Shown here piece by piece: positions 31,138 to 31,996 of a stretch of 31,996 bases of DNA. Every line of letters starts with the position of its first letter. The stretch's first letter is position 1. Source of the DNA: Octopus sinensis (taxonomy: Eukaryota). Where the stretch lies: contig NW_021829655.1 of NCBI RefSeq assembly GCF_006345805.1, positions 1-31,996 of the forward strand, written 5' to 3'. The translations under genes were made by a program, and so were the position numbers. A model generated the notes under the pieces. The model was not told the DNA's origin, made no database searches, and saw only the letters and a list, made by a program, of their open reading frames with translations.

Positions 31138-31996
31138 ACTCACACTTATATTCATATGGATTCATATATATGACATACCATAACAATAGTATGATAATGG
31201 AAAAATGATAATAGTTAAGGTGTGTTTTTGCTCTTTTGGTAAGTAAATGGAACAAGCCCCCTTAAATAACGTTATAATCATCTCAAGAACATTTTATTCT
31301 CCAGTGTTATTTTATTTACATCTTTCAAATTGAATTTTATCTACTACACTCCGACAAATGGTGGATTGACTCAATTAGTAGACTAATCTTTTTTATAATC
31401 CATTGATTATAATTATTAGATAATCTGACTAATCAGATTTAAAACGTGACAAGTTTTTACAAAACCATTTCATTGATATTTTGTGATGGCTGTGTTAAGA
31501 GAATATGAAGGATGGTTTTAAATGTGTTTTATTTTTAAGTTAAAGGGTTAATTTATGTAGAAGAATCGAAGCTGTTTTCGACAGAAAATTTAAAAGGTAT
31601 CCAACGTTATAATGATGATGATGATAATGAAAAGATTATCAGAATGACGTAGGGTCAAACCTGAGCTATTTTTTTAACAACAAAATGCTATGTTACATTT
31701 TATTTGTTTGTTTTAAGTGATTTTAGGGGAGATCAGGAAGGAACCTGCTGTTGTTAGCAGGTCACACGACTTCCTAGCTGGCTTCAGTTGTTGAGAAAGA
31801 TGCCATAAATATGTTTTACGTTTTATTTCAGAGAAGAAAGTATAAGAGATGAATAGAGAGAGTCAATGAATGAATGAGTGACGAAAAATTAAAAGAGGAC
31901 AAGGTCCGGAGATAGTGAATAAGAGTATTAAACCACAGAAGAAGAGAGCAGGCAACTTATTTTCCGGGAAGGGAAAATTTGTGAATTCTTTAGCAA

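Overview
AT-rich, repeat-dense eukaryotic DNA, almost certainly intronic or intergenic sequence from an octopus (coleoid cephalopod) genome. I infer the taxon by recalling the repeat families, not from a search. No intact protein-coding gene, tRNA, rRNA or CRISPR array is supportable, and nearly all listed ORFs are artefacts of (TA)n/(CA)n/(GAT)n repeats. The window holds: two decayed RTE LINE ORF fragments (1878-2540, 4279-5945); a CR1-type LINE fragment (24340-25397); several 5'-truncated RTE 3'UTR copies with (GAT)n tails; about 20 copies or fragments of four SINE-like families; two non-autonomous Helitrons (9555-11627 minus, 26202-26572 plus); a foldback-type element; and several Penelope-like terminal-repeat fragments. 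The most interesting signals are a minimal hammerhead-ribozyme fold with a variant core (29159-29199, minus), a Helitron carrying a captured decayed ~155-codon ORF, a near-perfect 83-bp-arm hairpin (25651-25840), and head-to-tail SINE arrays built on (TAA)n tracts. I see no convincing evidence for a wholly new multi-gene system.
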